A stretch of DNA of 36,993 nucleotides from Candidatus Heimdallarchaeota archaeon (GTDB lineage Archaea > Asgardarchaeota > Heimdallarchaeia > Hodarchaeales > Hodarchaeaceae), in the NCBI GenBank assembly GCA_048881705.1, contig JBHLSH010000035.1, positions 1 through 36,993 of the forward strand, written 5' to 3'. A program made the position numbers and the translations under genes. The notes beneath the pieces were generated by a model that had not been told where the DNA came from, made no database searches, and saw nothing but the letters and a program-made list of their open reading frames with translations. This document shows positions 35,674 through 36,993 of the stretch, one piece after another (the first letter of the stretch is position 1; each line of letters begins with the position of its first letter).

Positions 35674-36348
35674 ATGGTAATCCGAAGATTCGTAACACCC
35701 ATTGGAATTATATTATGGGTAATACTGGGGATGAATCTCTCCTTCATGCCGCCATTAGGTCAATCTTTATCCCAATTAACGTCAATATTAATTTACTTGG
35801 TTATCCAAATATTGATTCCAACCTGGTTTATCCTTTCATCAGTTTCATTGCTATTATGGCTTAATTACGGTCGAAAAGAAAACCTCCTATTCTTGTGGGG
35901 AGTAGGAACTTCGCTCCTACTTTTCCTGGTTTTCGCTTTCTCCCAAATAGATGTTACAATGGTTGGGCTTACAACCTTAAGATTGAACGGCTATGGAAAA
36001 TACATTCAAGTTATGATAATTTCCCCTTGTTCGGGAATCTACGGATTACTTCTTTTTACTAGCACATATTTAATAATGATTCAGGAAACAAACAGCAAAT
36101 GGATACTCAGAAGAGCTCAGCTGGTCATTCTTGCTGTGTTGGGCGCTCTGGGGGCCTATTTGGTTAATCTTATACGAATCCTAATTCTGATCGTGGTTTT
36201 AGTTCATTTTAGCCAACTCCTAGAATTTATTCATCTATTACTTGGCGTCGTACTCTTCATCGCTTACATTGTGGGATATTGGACAACGCTCTGGACGCAT
36301 TTATCGAAAGTTGATCAAATCAAAAAAAACATTCAAAAAATCGGGTAA
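35674..36348 (+). CDS. Archaeosortase/exosortase family membrane protease
   Basis: Multi-TM protein with the Cys-Arg-His triad pattern ISPCSG...VNLIRI...EFIH; GGAGG upstream of the ATG. Confidence 0.8.
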   Translation: MVIRRFVTPIGIILWVILGMNLSFMPPLGQSLSQLTSILIYLVIQILIPTWFILSSVSLLLWLNYGRKENLLFLWGVGTSLLLFLVFAFSQIDVTMVGLTTLRLNGYGKYIQVMIISPCSGIYGLLLFTSTYLIMIQETNSKWILRRAQLVILAVLGALGAYLVNLIRILILIVVLVHFSQLLEFIHLLLGVVLFIAYIVGYWTTLWTHLSKVDQIKKNIQKIG

Positions 36349-36388
36349 AAAACGCCTATAACGATTAAAAACCGTATGTGGGCAAAGT

Positions 36389-36993
36389 ATGGAATTCATT
36401 AAAGCAGACCAGCTTTCTTCCAAAATCGGGGAATCCGTCAATGTAAGGGGGTGGCTACATCACGTTAGACGTCAAGGAAAGCTGACTTTTGTAGTAATAC
36501 GTGATCATTCAGGATTTGTACAGGCTGTGATAAAGCCTTCGAGCGGCGAAAAAGCCCAGGCCGTTGCGAGCAGGTTGACCCGAGAAACAGCAGTTACAGT
36601 ACAGGCCACCGTCAAAGAGGATGTTCGAGCACCATATAATGGAATAGAACTTCAAATTTCGGAAATAAATCCTGTCGTTCAGTATGCATCCCCTGATTTG
36701 GAGAATGAAATCCGTCCTGATTCTGGACCCCAAGTCATGTTAGATAAGCGTCATTTGGTTTTACGAGGTGAAAGATCAGCAAATATCATGCGCTTCCGCG
36801 ATTTGGTTACAAGAGAAATCCGAAGTTTCTTTTTTTCGAGGGACTTTATCGAAGTTACTCCCTCAACAATCGTACAAACCCAAGTCGAAGGTGGTTCCAC
36901 CCTCTTTGCATTCAACTACTTTGATCAGGAAGCTTATTTGACTCAATCTTCGCAGCTGTATTTGGAAACGGTTCTTCCAAGTCTGGGAAATGT
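36389..36993 (+). CDS. asnS: Asparaginyl-tRNA synthetase (5' part; truncated by the window end)
   Basis: Not in the ORF track because there is no stop in the window. Manual translation from ATG 36389: OB-fold VRGWLHHVRRQGKLTFVVIRDHSGFVQAV, LDKRHLVLRGE, VQTQVEGGSTLF, AYLTQSSQLYLETVLPSLG. Confidence 0.92.
   Translation, partial: MEFIKADQLSSKIGESVNVRGWLHHVRRQGKLTFVVIRDHSGFVQAVIKPSSGEKAQAVASRLTRETAVTVQATVKEDVRAPYNGIELQISEINPVVQYASPDLENEIRPDSGPQVMLDKRHLVLRGERSANIMRFRDLVTREIRSFFFSRDFIEVTPSTIVQTQVEGGSTLFAFNYFDQEAYLTQSSQLYLETVLPSLGN

Noticed and set aside
1-36993. tRNA, rRNA, CRISPR arrays, transposases/integrases and selenocysteine (in-frame TGA) recoding
   Set aside because: No T-arm GTTCRA cloverleaf, no regularly spaced direct repeats, no DDE or tyrosine-recombinase motifs, and no gene interrupted by TGA at a conserved Cys position were seen on manual reading.

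Overview
Chromosomal window from an archaeon, very likely an Asgard archaeon (Heimdallarchaeia-like; inferred from gene content, not from a marker phylogeny). It encodes Rab-like and Arf/Sar1-like small GTPases, several longin-like domains, a long TPR protein, an archaeosortase, the archaeal oapABC/arvABC operon and a eukaryote-like AsnRS. Layout: 0-7.5 kb, two paralogous MFS transporters each fused to a C-terminal longin-like domain, plus msrB, an ArsM-like methyltransferase, a Zn-ribbon membrane protein and a UbiA prenyltransferase. 8-12.7 kb, a TPR protein and an orphan N6-adenine DNA methyltransferase whose 3' end abuts an apparently truncated longin-like gene. 13-25.8 kb, a transporter-rich block (2 ZIP, 2 DMT, MscS, heterodimeric ABC exporter, MFS) with BtpA, NUDIX and an HTH regulator. 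26-37 kb, oap/arvABC, a coiled-coil/winged-helix protein, an NDP-sugar synthase plus a degenerate phosphohexomutase, a Sar1/Arf-like GTPase-longin fusion, a lipoate ligase, a KaiC-like ATPase, an AbrB-like protein, a Rab-like GTPase, an archaeosortase and asnS (cut by the window edge). The best candidate for an undescribed system is the longin module: transporter-longin fusions and a GTPase-longin fusion that lacks its own membrane anchor, which could form a transporter-coupled small-GTPase signalling or trafficking system. Two genes appear to need non-canonical start codons (ATT, CTG/ATA). I recognised no tRNA, rRNA, CRISPR array or transposase. All family calls come from motif recognition by eye; no database search was run.
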